Below are positions 36,583 to 45,330 of a stretch of 64,000 nucleotides of DNA, piece by piece (the stretch's first letter is position 1; the number at the start of each line of letters is the position of its first letter). The notes below the pieces were generated by a model. It had not been told where the DNA came from and did not search any database. It saw nothing but the letters and a program-made list of their open reading frames with translations. This DNA comes from a virus (taxonomy: Duplodnaviria > Caudoviricetes): positions 12,918 through 76,917 of IMG/VR virus record IMGVR_UViG_2920580016_000003. The stretch is one strand, 5' to 3'. Made by a program: the position numbers and the translations under genes.

Positions 36583-37044
36583 GTGGCGGTTGGAGCAGGT
36601 GGCCGGGGTTTCCGCATCGACTTCAACGAGGCTGAACTCGACCGCATCTTCAAGAGTCCCCAGGGGCCGGTCGGCCGGCAGATGGCCCGCTACGGCGAAA
36701 TCGTCACCCAGGGCGCCAAGCGGCGCTGCCCGGTCTCCCCGCGCGGCTCCGGCGGCCGCCCATCCGGCTATACCCGCTCCAAAATCGGTTGGGAACTCCA
36801 CCGGGACGCGATCGGCCTCTACACCGACATCGCATCACCAGCCAAAACACCACAAGGCGAGCCGCTAGGCCTTTTTCTCGAGGTAGGCACGCGACCGCAT
36901 GTGATCAGGCCGAAGAACCCTCGCGGCTGGCTGCGATGGGTCGGCGCCGACGGGCGTGTGCACTTCGCCAAGAAGGTCAACCACCCCGGCACCAGCGCTC
37001 AGCCGTACCTGCGGCCAGCGCTCGAAGACCTTCGCGGAGCCTGA
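36583..37044 (+). CDS. HK97 gp10-like neck protein
   Basis: AKRRCPV, FLEVGTRPHVI, HPGTSAQPYLRPAL. Confidence 0.85.
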   Translation: MAVGAGGRGFRIDFNEAELDRIFKSPQGPVGRQMARYGEIVTQGAKRRCPVSPRGSGGRPSGYTRSKIGWELHRDAIGLYTDIASPAKTPQGEPLGLFLEVGTRPHVIRPKNPRGWLRWVGADGRVHFAKKVNHPGTSAQPYLRPALEDLRGA

Positions 37045-37046
37045 CC

Positions 37047-37466
37047 GTGCCCGGCTACGTCGCCGCCGTGACCCTCGTCCGCGCCTGGATCACCGCCCAA
37101 CCCGACCTCGTCGGCCCTGGTCGGCCGATCGCGTTGGGCGCGTTCCGGCAGCATCCGCGTTCCCCCGGCCAAGGCGCCTACGTGCTCCTGTCGCGGATCG
37201 GCCGCGCCGCCGATCTGGTCGCCGAGGACGTGCTCGACAGCCCCCGCATCTCAGCGTCGATCTATGCCGGTACCGACGAGGCCGCCGAACTCGCCGCGAC
37301 CGCTTACGCGAACGCGGTCGCAGCGCTGAAGGGCGCCCCGGCCGCGGTCGACGGCCACGCGTTCCTGGTTGCCGACGACATCGTCGGCCCGCTGCTCGTG
37401 GATAACCACGACTCCGACCGCGAGCAATGGCAGTTCCTCGTCGACGCCTCGTTCTACTGCCTCTGA
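37047..37466 (+). CDS. Tail terminator
   Basis: Synteny before tail genes; GTG 37047. Confidence 0.7.
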   Translation: MPGYVAAVTLVRAWITAQPDLVGPGRPIALGAFRQHPRSPGQGAYVLLSRIGRAADLVAEDVLDSPRISASIYAGTDEAAELAATAYANAVAALKGAPAAVDGHAFLVADDIVGPLLVDNHDSDREQWQFLVDASFYCL

Positions 37467-37522
37467 CCTGCGGTCTCTTCTCCGCTCGAATGATCCCCGC
37501 CTGACCTGACCTGGAGGACGAT

Positions 37523-37846
37523 ATGGCGGCTCTACCCCTGCAGGTGCTGGTCCCCGGCGGATCAGCATCGGTTCTCACCGCGGCCGCTGGCGGCGGCGAC
37601 ACGTGCGCCGCCGGTGACGGCGTGTTTTTGGAGGTGAACAACGGCGGCGGTTCGTCCGTGACCGTCACTCTCGTCACTCCAGGCCTGTTCGACGGTCTGA
37701 CGATCGGCGATCGGGCTGTGGCGATCCCGGCCGGGGAACGGTGGAAGATTCCCGTCCCGCGGGTGTTCGCGAAGGCGGACGGCCAGTGTGACATCACCTA
37801 CTCGGGCGTCACGTCGGTGACGGTCGGCTGCTTCAAGGTGTCCTGA
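37523..37846 (+). CDS. Putative minor virion protein
   Basis: GGAGG RBS; GDTC...LEVNNGGGSSVTVT. Confidence 0.65.
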   Translation: MAALPLQVLVPGGSASVLTAAAGGGDTCAAGDGVFLEVNNGGGSSVTVTLVTPGLFDGLTIGDRAVAIPAGERWKIPVPRVFAKADGQCDITYSGVTSVTVGCFKVS

Positions 37847-38124
37847 TGGCTACCTCCCGCCAGTCCAAGCAGGCTGACAAGAATGTCGAGCAGGCTCCGG
37901 CGACGCCGCCGTACTACATCGCCGAGCAGCCGCTGTTCATCGGCGACCAGTTCTCCCGCGCCTTCAACCCCGGCGACCACGTGCCGCCCGGCCACGTCGA
38001 GCAGTACGGCTGGCACGACCTGGTGCGCGCACCCGACGGCTACGACGCCCCGGAGAAGCCCAGCAATGACGAGCCTGAGACCGCCGATGGCCAGGCCACC
38101 AGCAGCAAGGAAGGTGAGTCCTGA
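37846..38124 (+). CDS. Hypothetical protein
   Basis: TGATG coupling on both sides. Confidence 0.6.
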   Translation: MATSRQSKQADKNVEQAPATPPYYIAEQPLFIGDQFSRAFNPGDHVPPGHVEQYGWHDLVRAPDGYDAPEKPSNDEPETADGQATSSKEGES

Positions 38125-38678
38125 TGCCTCGTGGAAACCCGGCCAACCTCGCGCTCGGGCCCGGCACGCTATACATCGCCGTGCTCGGCACGCCTGAGCC
38201 GGCCGACCTGACCACGCCGTGGGCCAGCGTCTCGGCGAACTGGATCCAGCTCGGCTACACGGACGAAGGCTCTACGTTCAATTACAGCGTCGACTCGGAA
38301 AACGTCGAGGTTGCCGAAGAGCTTGACCCGGTCGCGGTCGCCCTCACCTCGCGTGAGCTGTCGCTGAGCTTCAGCCTGGCCGAGATGACGGCGGCCAACC
38401 TCAAGCGCGCCCTCAACGGCGGCACCATCACATCCGGTACTGGCATCGTCACCTTCGAACCCCCGGATCTGGGCGAAGAAGTCAGAACCATGCTCGGCTG
38501 GGAAAGCGAAGATCACACCGAAAGGTGGGTGTACCGCAAGGCGTTGCAGGTCGGCAACATGGAGGTCTCCCGCGCGAAGGGCGCCGCCAAGGCCACCATC
38601 AGATGCGAATTCAAGCTGGAACGTCCGGCCGCGGCTAAGGCGTTCAAGGCGATTATGGCGACAGCGAGGGCCGCGTGA
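38124..38678 (+). CDS. Major tail (tube) protein
   Basis: LGPGTLYIA...WIQLGYTDEGSTF...VEVAEELDPV. Confidence 0.85.
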   Translation: MPRGNPANLALGPGTLYIAVLGTPEPADLTTPWASVSANWIQLGYTDEGSTFNYSVDSENVEVAEELDPVAVALTSRELSLSFSLAEMTAANLKRALNGGTITSGTGIVTFEPPDLGEEVRTMLGWESEDHTERWVYRKALQVGNMEVSRAKGAAKATIRCEFKLERPAAAKAFKAIMATARAA

Positions 38679-39148
38679 TGGCGAAGCGTTCCTACACCTC
38701 CAAGCCGCCCGCCGCGGCAAGCCAGAACGCGGTACCCGCGGTCTCGTTCGAGCTCGACGGCGTCGAATTCGAAGGCGAGGGTGCCATCAGCACGATGGAC
38801 TTCGCCGAGTACGCACGGCTCGCCGCCGCAGGTATCGACTCGCAGGACCCATCCGGGGTGGCGATCATCGCTGATGTGTTCCTCGGCCTGCTCGGCGAAC
38901 GCACCTACCAGCGGTTCCGGGCGCACTGCCGCCGCCACCGCACCGACGACGCAACCTTGGTCGAAATCCTCAAAGGGATCATGCAGGACGCGACAGAGGC
39001 GGCCACGAACCGCCCTACACAGAGGCCCTCGAGCTTGCCCGATGGGCCGCCGAACGACCCGGCTACTGCGAAGGTCGTTTCCTTCTCGCGGGCCACCGTC
39101 GAGGAGAAACCGGTCGAGGAGACACCTCCAGTGGTCTCCTACGGCTGA
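38675..39148 (+). CDS. Tail assembly chaperone
   Basis: Between the tail tube and tape measure genes. Confidence 0.8.
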   Translation: MMAKRSYTSKPPAAASQNAVPAVSFELDGVEFEGEGAISTMDFAEYARLAAAGIDSQDPSGVAIIADVFLGLLGERTYQRFRAHCRRHRTDDATLVEILKGIMQDATEAATNRPTQRPSSLPDGPPNDPATAKVVSFSRATVEEKPVEETPPVVSYG

Positions 39149-39375
39149 CCGACCTGCCCCTCGCCGACTACCTCGATGTGATCCACGCGCTGTGGATCGA
39201 GTGGCGGACCGACTTCCTCCAAACCGCCGCACTGCTCGCGTTCGCCGGCGCAAAGGGGATCGAGGCGGACCCGCACGCCGAGTTCGACGACCTGTACGGC
39301 CCGCCTCGCCCTGTCCGCCGCACCCAGCAGGACCGTGAGGAGCGGATGCGGATCGTAGCAGCCCTCGCCAAGTAG
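39013..39375 (+). CDS. Tail assembly chaperone -1 frameshift extension
   Basis: -1 frame open: PYTEALELARWAAERPGYCEGRFLLAG...LTDLPLADYLDVIHALW...; slip site inferred. Confidence 0.6.
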   Translation, partial: PYTEALELARWAAERPGYCEGRFLLAGHRRGETGRGDTSSGLLRLTDLPLADYLDVIHALWIEWRTDFLQTAALLAFAGAKGIEADPHAEFDDLYGPPRPVRRTQQDREERMRIVAALAK

Positions 39376-39396
39376 ATCGCGGAAAGTCGGCGGGGG

Positions 39397-42300
39397 GTGT
39401 CGATGCCTGGCACCCCTCTCGCCGAAGCGTTCGTGCGGGTCAGAGCCGACACCGACCGCGTCCGCGACGATGTCCGCTCCGAGTTCGGCCGGGCCGGCTC
39501 CGACGCGGGCGACGAGTTCGGCGCCCGCTTCTCCCAGGATGCGCTCGGCCGCTGGCACGACGACCGCGGCCGATTCGTGTCCGCCGCCGAAGCGCACGGC
39601 CGAGCCGCCGGCGACGGCTTCAACGACGAATTCGGTGACCAGCTCGGCGGCTCCGCTGACCGGTTGCGCGGAGAACGCCCACGCTTCCACGCCGAGGGCC
39701 GCCGGCTCGGCGAGGCCGCCGGCGACGGCGCCAACGACGGGTTCGGCGACCGGCTGCGCGGCATCGGCGACACCGCCGCCCGCGTGTTCGACGCCATCAC
39801 GCCCCGCGTGTCCGGGCTGGCCGGCGGGTTCGGCAACGCCACGGTCGCCGCTGGCGGCCTCCTCGCCGAACTCGGCAAGCTCGGTGTGGCCGCGGGTGCC
39901 ATGGCCACCCTCGCCGCCAGCGCCGCATCCGCCGCGGTCAGCGTCGGCGCGCTCGCTGCGGCGCTCGCCCCCGCTGCCGGGGCGTTGGCCGCCCTACCGG
40001 GGGCCGCGCTGCTCGGCGCGAGCGCCATGGGGACGCTCAAGCTGGCGCTTCACGGTGTCGCAGACGGGTTCGCCGCGGCGATCAGCGGCAACTACCTGAA
40101 GTTCATCGGGGCCACCAAGGACCTCAGCCGGGCGGCGCAGCTCGTCAGCTACGAGCTGTTCCAGATGGCACCGGCGTTCCAAGACCTCAAGAGCAGCGTC
40201 CAGGATGCCCTGTTCGAGCCGCTGATCGGCCAGATGTGGTCGCTGCTGCCCGCGATCCACGCAGTGGACGACGGCATGACCGGGGTGGCCCAGGCGTTCG
40301 GGCAGGCCGCGCTCGAGGTCGTCGAGTTCATCCGCGAGAGCGCGACCATCCACGCGATCACCGCGATTTTCAACGCCACCAAGCGGTCGGTAGAGGACCT
40401 GACACCGGCGATCCAGCCGCTGCTGGACGGGTTCCGCGCCCTGTCCATATCGGGCGCGTTGTTCGTCGCCGACCTGGCGCCCGGCATCGCCGCGGTGGCG
40501 GCCCGGTTCGGCGAGTTCATGGAGGAGGCCGCCCTGTCAGGGCGGGCCTTCCAGTGGATGCAAGGCGCGGTCGACGTCTTCAAACAACTCGGCGCGATCA
40601 TCGCAGACGTCGGCGGCATCATCCGCGGCGTCTTCTCCGCGCTCGATGACGCTGGCGCTGGTGCGCTCGGTGTGCTCGGCCAACTCGTCGACGCCGCCCA
40701 CGCCTGGGTGGAGTCGGCGCAGGGCCAGCAGGTGCTGGTCAGCATCTTCCGGGCGTTGGCGCAGGTCGGCCAAGCCTTGGTGCCGGTCATCACGGCTGTC
40801 GCGGCCGGGATCGGTCAGCTCGCGCCGCTCGTGGCTGATTTGGCGACGGCGTTCGGGCCGGTGCTGGTCGGCGCGGTGCAGGCGCTCGTGCCCGCCCTCC
40901 AGGCGGTCGCGCCCGGGATCATCGCCGTCATTCACGGGCTCGGCGCCGCTGTCGCCGCGATCGGGCCGGCGTTGACGCCGCTCGGCACCGCCCTGGCCGG
41001 GCTCTTGCAGTTGGCGGCCGGGGTGTTCCTGCAGATCGGCGTCGCCGCCGCGGAACTCCTGCCCGGACTTATTGCGGTGGTCGACGGCGTCGGCCAGGCG
41101 GTCGCCTCCCTCGGGGCTGCGCTGTCGCCGATCGCCCGGAACCTCTCCACCGCGTTCCAATCGGTCGGCCCAGTGGTGGCCGAGCTGGGGCAGGTGCTCG
41201 GCAGCGTTCTGGCCGCGGTGGCTCCCCTGCTGCCCATCCTCGGGGATCTGGTCGCGGTGGTCGGCGGCACCCTGCTACAGGCTGTATCGGCGCTCACCCC
41301 GCTGCTCGGCCCGCTCATCGCCGCGATCGGCCAAGTGGCGGCGATCGTGTCGCCGCTGATCGTCCAGCTCGGGCAGCTCGCCGCCGTCCTGCTGTCCCAG
41401 TTGCTGGCCACGTTGACGCCGCTGCTGCCGGTCATCGCAGAGATCGCCGCCGCGCTGGGCGGAGCCCTCCTGAATGCGGTCGCCCAGATCGGTGGCGCGC
41501 TGATCCCGCTGCTGCCGGTGCTCGTCCAGGTAGCCGACACCCTGGCGACCGCCCTGGTCGGCGCCATCAACACGCTCGCGCCGCTCCTCACGCCGATCAT
41601 CTCGGGGTTCGGCGAGTTGCTGGCCGCGCTGGCGCCGCTCGCCGCCCAGGCCATTCAGCTTGGCGCCGCGCTGCTGGCGAGCCTGCTGCCCGCTCTCACC
41701 CCGCTGATCGACACCGCGACCGCGCTCGTGCCCGTCCTCGGCGGCGCATTGGTGCAGGCATTCACCACCCTGGTCGCCGCTGTCCAGCCGCTGCTGCCGC
41801 TCATCTCCCAGGTCATCAGCCAGTTCGTCGGCCAGCTCATCCCCGCGCTGGCCCCGCTCATCCCGATCGTCGCCCAGATCGCGGCCGTGCTCGGCGGCGC
41901 ACTGGTCCAGGCGTGGGCCGCCATCGCGCAGGCGGTCACCCCGCTGCTTCCGGTCCTCGGCCAGGTCCTGCAGGTGCTGGGCGGCGCGCTGCTGGCCGCG
42001 GTGCAGGCGATCGTCCCCTATATCGGCCAGTTCGCGCAGGCAGCCGCATCCCTCGCCCCCGTCCTGGGCAGCCTGGCGACGGCCGCGCTGCCGATCCTGA
42101 CCCAGCTGCTGCAGACCGCGGCACCGATCGTCGGCCAGCTCGTCGCTGCGTTCGGCCAACTGCTCGCGGCGGTGGCGCCGCTGCTGCCGATCGTCGTGCA
42201 GATCGCCGGAGTGATCGGCCAAACCCTCCTCACGGTGATCAGCTCGCTGTTGCGGGCGGTGACACCGCTACTTGCCCCGCTCGGCCAACTGGCTGCCGCG

Positions 42301-44142
42301 CTTGGCAACGCCCTCGCGCAGGCGGTGCGGGCCGTCGCGCCGGCGCTCGTGCTCATCGCCGACGCGATCGCCGCGCTGCTCCCCGCCCTGACCCCGCTGA
42401 TCGAACTGGTCGCGCAGGTCGCCGCCCAGCTCGGCGGAATCCTCGCCCAGGCGGTCACGATGCTGGTGCAGGCGCTCACGCCGGTGCTGCCGGTCATCGT
42501 CCAGTTGGTGCAGCAGATCGGCGGCGCGCTCATCACCGCCCTGCAGGCCGCGGCGCCGGCGCTGCTGGCGATCGTCCAGGCGGTCCTCAGCCTCCTACCG
42601 GCGATCACCCCGCTGATCGGCTTGGTGGCGCAACTGCTGCAGGCGATCGTCCCACTGGCGGTCCAGTTCCTGCCGCTGTTCTCCCAGCTGATGGGCGCGC
42701 TGACACCGGTCATCACCGCCCTCGCCGGAGTCGTCACCCAACTGCTGGCCGCGTTGATGCCGGTCCTGAAGGTGCTGGTCGACGTCGCGATCCAGGCGTT
42801 GACGCCGCTCATCGGCCTCGTATTGCAGGTCGTGCAGGCGCTGATGCCGCTGGTGCAGGCCGTGCTGCCCGTGCTCGTCAGCCTCGTGCAGGCGGTCACC
42901 CCGATCCTGGCGCTGGTCGCGAACGTGTTCGGCCAGATCCTGCAAGCGTTGATGCCGCTGCTCGACGCGCTCATGCAGCTGGTGATGGCGATCCTGCAGC
43001 CGCTGCTGCCATTGATCGACGCGCTCGCCCCGCTCCTCACGACGATCATCGGGTTGTTCGCGCAGCTCGTGACCGCCGTGATGCCGCTCATCGAGGTGCT
43101 GCTCAACCTGATCACGTCGGTGTTGACGCCGCTGATCGGCATCATCGCCGACGTCATCTCGTGGCTGGCAGACCGGCTCGCCCCGGTCTTCGAGTGGCTG
43201 GCCGGGATCATCAAGGTCGCGATCGACGCGATCGTGCAGGTCTTCCAATGGCTGTACGACACCCTGATCGGCAATTCGATCATCCCCGACCTGATCAACG
43301 GATTCCGGGAGTGGTTCCAGCGCGGCGTCGACTGGGTGCGCGGCATCATCGCCTGGTTCGGCGAACTCCCCGGCATGATCGGCGGCTGGCTCGGCAGCGT
43401 CCTCGACCGGGTGTCCGAGGCGTGGAACAACATCCGAGCCGCCATCAGCCAGCGGATCAACGAGATCCGAGACACGATCGCCAACATCCTCGGCCAAATC
43501 GGCGACCGCTGGCGGCAGGCGTGGGACAGCGTCCGCGAGTTCGTCTCGGGCGCCTGGAACAACATCCGCAACGCGGTATCCGACGGCATCAACAACCTGC
43601 TCAACTGGTTCCGCGACCTCCCCGGGCAGATCGCCGGGGCGCTCGGAAACTTGGGCGGCACCCTGTTCAACGCCGGTCGCGACCTGCTCATAGGGCTGTG
43701 GAACGGAATCCAGTCGCTGTGGCAGTGGTTCCGCGACGCCATCTACAACTTCTTCGCCGGAATCATGCCGCAATGGGTCAAGGACGCCCTCGGCATCGCC
43801 TCCCCGTCGAAGCTGTTCGCCGCGATCGGCCGCGAGTTGCCGCCCGGCCTGGTGATGGGTATCGAGCACAGCCTGCCCATGCTCGAAGCCGCGTCGCAGA
43901 CGATGGCGGACACCGTCGCCGGCGCCTTCACCGACGTCGCTTCGCCGGCGCCTACCTTCACCGGCACGTTTGCACCCGCTGTCGCGGCGGGCGGCGCGGG
44001 TGGCGGAGTCGTGATCCACGGCGACCTGGTGATGCCGATCCAGGGCGTCATCGACCCGTCGCGGCCGGACGCGTGGCGGCAGGTCCTCGTGCAGGTGCGG
44101 GACGGGCTGCGCGACATCGAGCGGGAGGCCTACGCAGGATGA
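39397..44142 (+). CDS. Tape measure protein
   Basis: 1581 aa, Ala/Leu-rich amphipathic repeats; LAEAFVRVRAD start; LGIASPSK near end. Confidence 0.95.
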   Translation: MSMPGTPLAEAFVRVRADTDRVRDDVRSEFGRAGSDAGDEFGARFSQDALGRWHDDRGRFVSAAEAHGRAAGDGFNDEFGDQLGGSADRLRGERPRFHAEGRRLGEAAGDGANDGFGDRLRGIGDTAARVFDAITPRVSGLAGGFGNATVAAGGLLAELGKLGVAAGAMATLAASAASAAVSVGALAAALAPAAGALAALPGAALLGASAMGTLKLALHGVADGFAAAISGNYLKFIGATKDLSRAAQLVSYELFQMAPAFQDLKSSVQDALFEPLIGQMWSLLPAIHAVDDGMTGVAQAFGQAALEVVEFIRESATIHAITAIFNATKRSVEDLTPAIQPLLDGFRALSISGALFVADLAPGIAAVAARFGEFMEEAALSGRAFQWMQGAVDVFKQLGAIIADVGGIIRGVFSALDDAGAGALGVLGQLVDAAHAWVESAQGQQVLVSIFRALAQVGQALVPVITAVAAGIGQLAPLVADLATAFGPVLVGAVQALVPALQAVAPGIIAVIHGLGAAVAAIGPALTPLGTALAGLLQLAAGVFLQIGVAAAELLPGLIAVVDGVGQAVASLGAALSPIARNLSTAFQSVGPVVAELGQVLGSVLAAVAPLLPILGDLVAVVGGTLLQAVSALTPLLGPLIAAIGQVAAIVSPLIVQLGQLAAVLLSQLLATLTPLLPVIAEIAAALGGALLNAVAQIGGALIPLLPVLVQVADTLATALVGAINTLAPLLTPIISGFGELLAALAPLAAQAIQLGAALLASLLPALTPLIDTATALVPVLGGALVQAFTTLVAAVQPLLPLISQVISQFVGQLIPALAPLIPIVAQIAAVLGGALVQAWAAIAQAVTPLLPVLGQVLQVLGGALLAAVQAIVPYIGQFAQAAASLAPVLGSLATAALPILTQLLQTAAPIVGQLVAAFGQLLAAVAPLLPIVVQIAGVIGQTLLTVISSLLRAVTPLLAPLGQLAAALGNALAQAVRAVAPALVLIADAIAALLPALTPLIELVAQVAAQLGGILAQAVTMLVQALTPVLPVIVQLVQQIGGALITALQAAAPALLAIVQAVLSLLPAITPLIGLVAQLLQAIVPLAVQFLPLFSQLMGALTPVITALAGVVTQLLAALMPVLKVLVDVAIQALTPLIGLVLQVVQALMPLVQAVLPVLVSLVQAVTPILALVANVFGQILQALMPLLDALMQLVMAILQPLLPLIDALAPLLTTIIGLFAQLVTAVMPLIEVLLNLITSVLTPLIGIIADVISWLADRLAPVFEWLAGIIKVAIDAIVQVFQWLYDTLIGNSIIPDLINGFREWFQRGVDWVRGIIAWFGELPGMIGGWLGSVLDRVSEAWNNIRAAISQRINEIRDTIANILGQIGDRWRQAWDSVREFVSGAWNNIRNAVSDGINNLLNWFRDLPGQIAGALGNLGGTLFNAGRDLLIGLWNGIQSLWQWFRDAIYNFFAGIMPQWVKDALGIASPSKLFAAIGRELPPGLVMGIEHSLPMLEAASQTMADTVAGAFTDVASPAPTFTGTFAPAVAAGGAGGGVVIHGDLVMPIQGVIDPSRPDAWRQVLVQVRDGLRDIEREAYAG

Positions 44143-45326
44143 GCACCCTCCAGCTCGGCCGCCTCACCCTGCGGGAGACCATGACGGTATCCGAGACTGT
44201 CCGGGACGCTGGCCGCACCCTCACCGTCCACGGCAAAGAAGTCACCCCGCTGATCAGCCGCACCGAACTGCTCGAGCGGCTGGAGGGCGTGCTCGGGCTG
44301 CGCGGCTCGCTCGTCCCCGCCATCTGGGAGGAGAAGTCCGAGCGGAACGGCTACTACACGATCACGGACGCGTCCGCGGACTACACAGACCGGTTCAGGC
44401 AGTCCATCGCGTGGGTTACCTGGAAGCTCACACTGGCCAGGCACGGCGGCGACACCGACGTCGACCTGGAGAGCAGACTCAGTGGCGCTGTGCGCGCCAA
44501 CGATTTCAGCCTCGCGGGGGAGCGGTGGCATGCGCCGCCGGTCGGCGCCTACGGCTACTACACCGGCTCCACGTCGCCGTCCACGATGACGCGGGCGACG
44601 ACGGACGGCGCCATCACCGTCTACCGGGCGCTCCCGGCCAACACCTCGCCACGGTGGGGGTGCGCGGTGGAGGACTATCTGCGAGGCCGCGCCCGAATCC
44701 TGTCCTCCGGGTTCGAGCGGGTCGGCACCGGGAGCACGCTGGCCACCGACAACTGGGAGCTCTCCAACGGCCTGGTGCGGGTGCGGCCCCTCACCGTCGG
44801 CGGATCGTTGGAGGTGGCCGCGTTCACCGGGTCGGCGTGGCGGCCGAAAACCTGGTGGGCGGACGTGGGCGGCACCCAAATCAGCCGCTGGGAGTCGGCC
44901 ACGGTGCTGCGGAACGACCCGGAGCAGGTGATCGTGCGCTTGGTGGAGTCGCGGTCGCCGGTCGGCCGAGCCGTCCTCGACCTAACCCTGCGGCGCGGCT
45001 CGAGATTCGTCGAAGGGTATTTCCAGCGCGGCGACTCCGGGACGCTCAGCGTGTATCTGGCCACTGCTGAGACGATGACCGACTCGACCTCGTACGTGGT
45101 GCGGTCGACGGACGACGCCAACGGCAACAGGGCGATCGCCGGGTCGGCGAGGAACTTCGACCCGCACGCATCTGGAGGCCTGACCCGGACGGCGGCCACG
45201 GCGATGGACTTCTTTGTCGGCGTCGTCGCCGGCGGCGGCTCCGCAGTGTCCGGCGACCAAGCCACCAACCTGCGCGACCAGTACCTCGCGGCGCTGCCCG
45301 AGACGACTGCCGCGATTCGGAGGTGA
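44139..45326 (+). CDS. Minor tail protein (distal tail-like)
   Basis: ATG 44139 overlapping tape measure stop; synteny. Confidence 0.75.
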   Translation: MSTLQLGRLTLRETMTVSETVRDAGRTLTVHGKEVTPLISRTELLERLEGVLGLRGSLVPAIWEEKSERNGYYTITDASADYTDRFRQSIAWVTWKLTLARHGGDTDVDLESRLSGAVRANDFSLAGERWHAPPVGAYGYYTGSTSPSTMTRATTDGAITVYRALPANTSPRWGCAVEDYLRGRARILSSGFERVGTGSTLATDNWELSNGLVRVRPLTVGGSLEVAAFTGSAWRPKTWWADVGGTQISRWESATVLRNDPEQVIVRLVESRSPVGRAVLDLTLRRGSRFVEGYFQRGDSGTLSVYLATAETMTDSTSYVVRSTDDANGNRAIAGSARNFDPHASGGLTRTAATAMDFFVGVVAGGGSAVSGDQATNLRDQYLAALPETTAAIRR

Positions 45327-45330
45327 GCAG

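Noticed and set aside
39397-44142. Repeats in the tape measure as a separate repeat element
   Set aside because: Ordinary amphipathic tape-measure periodicity at protein level.
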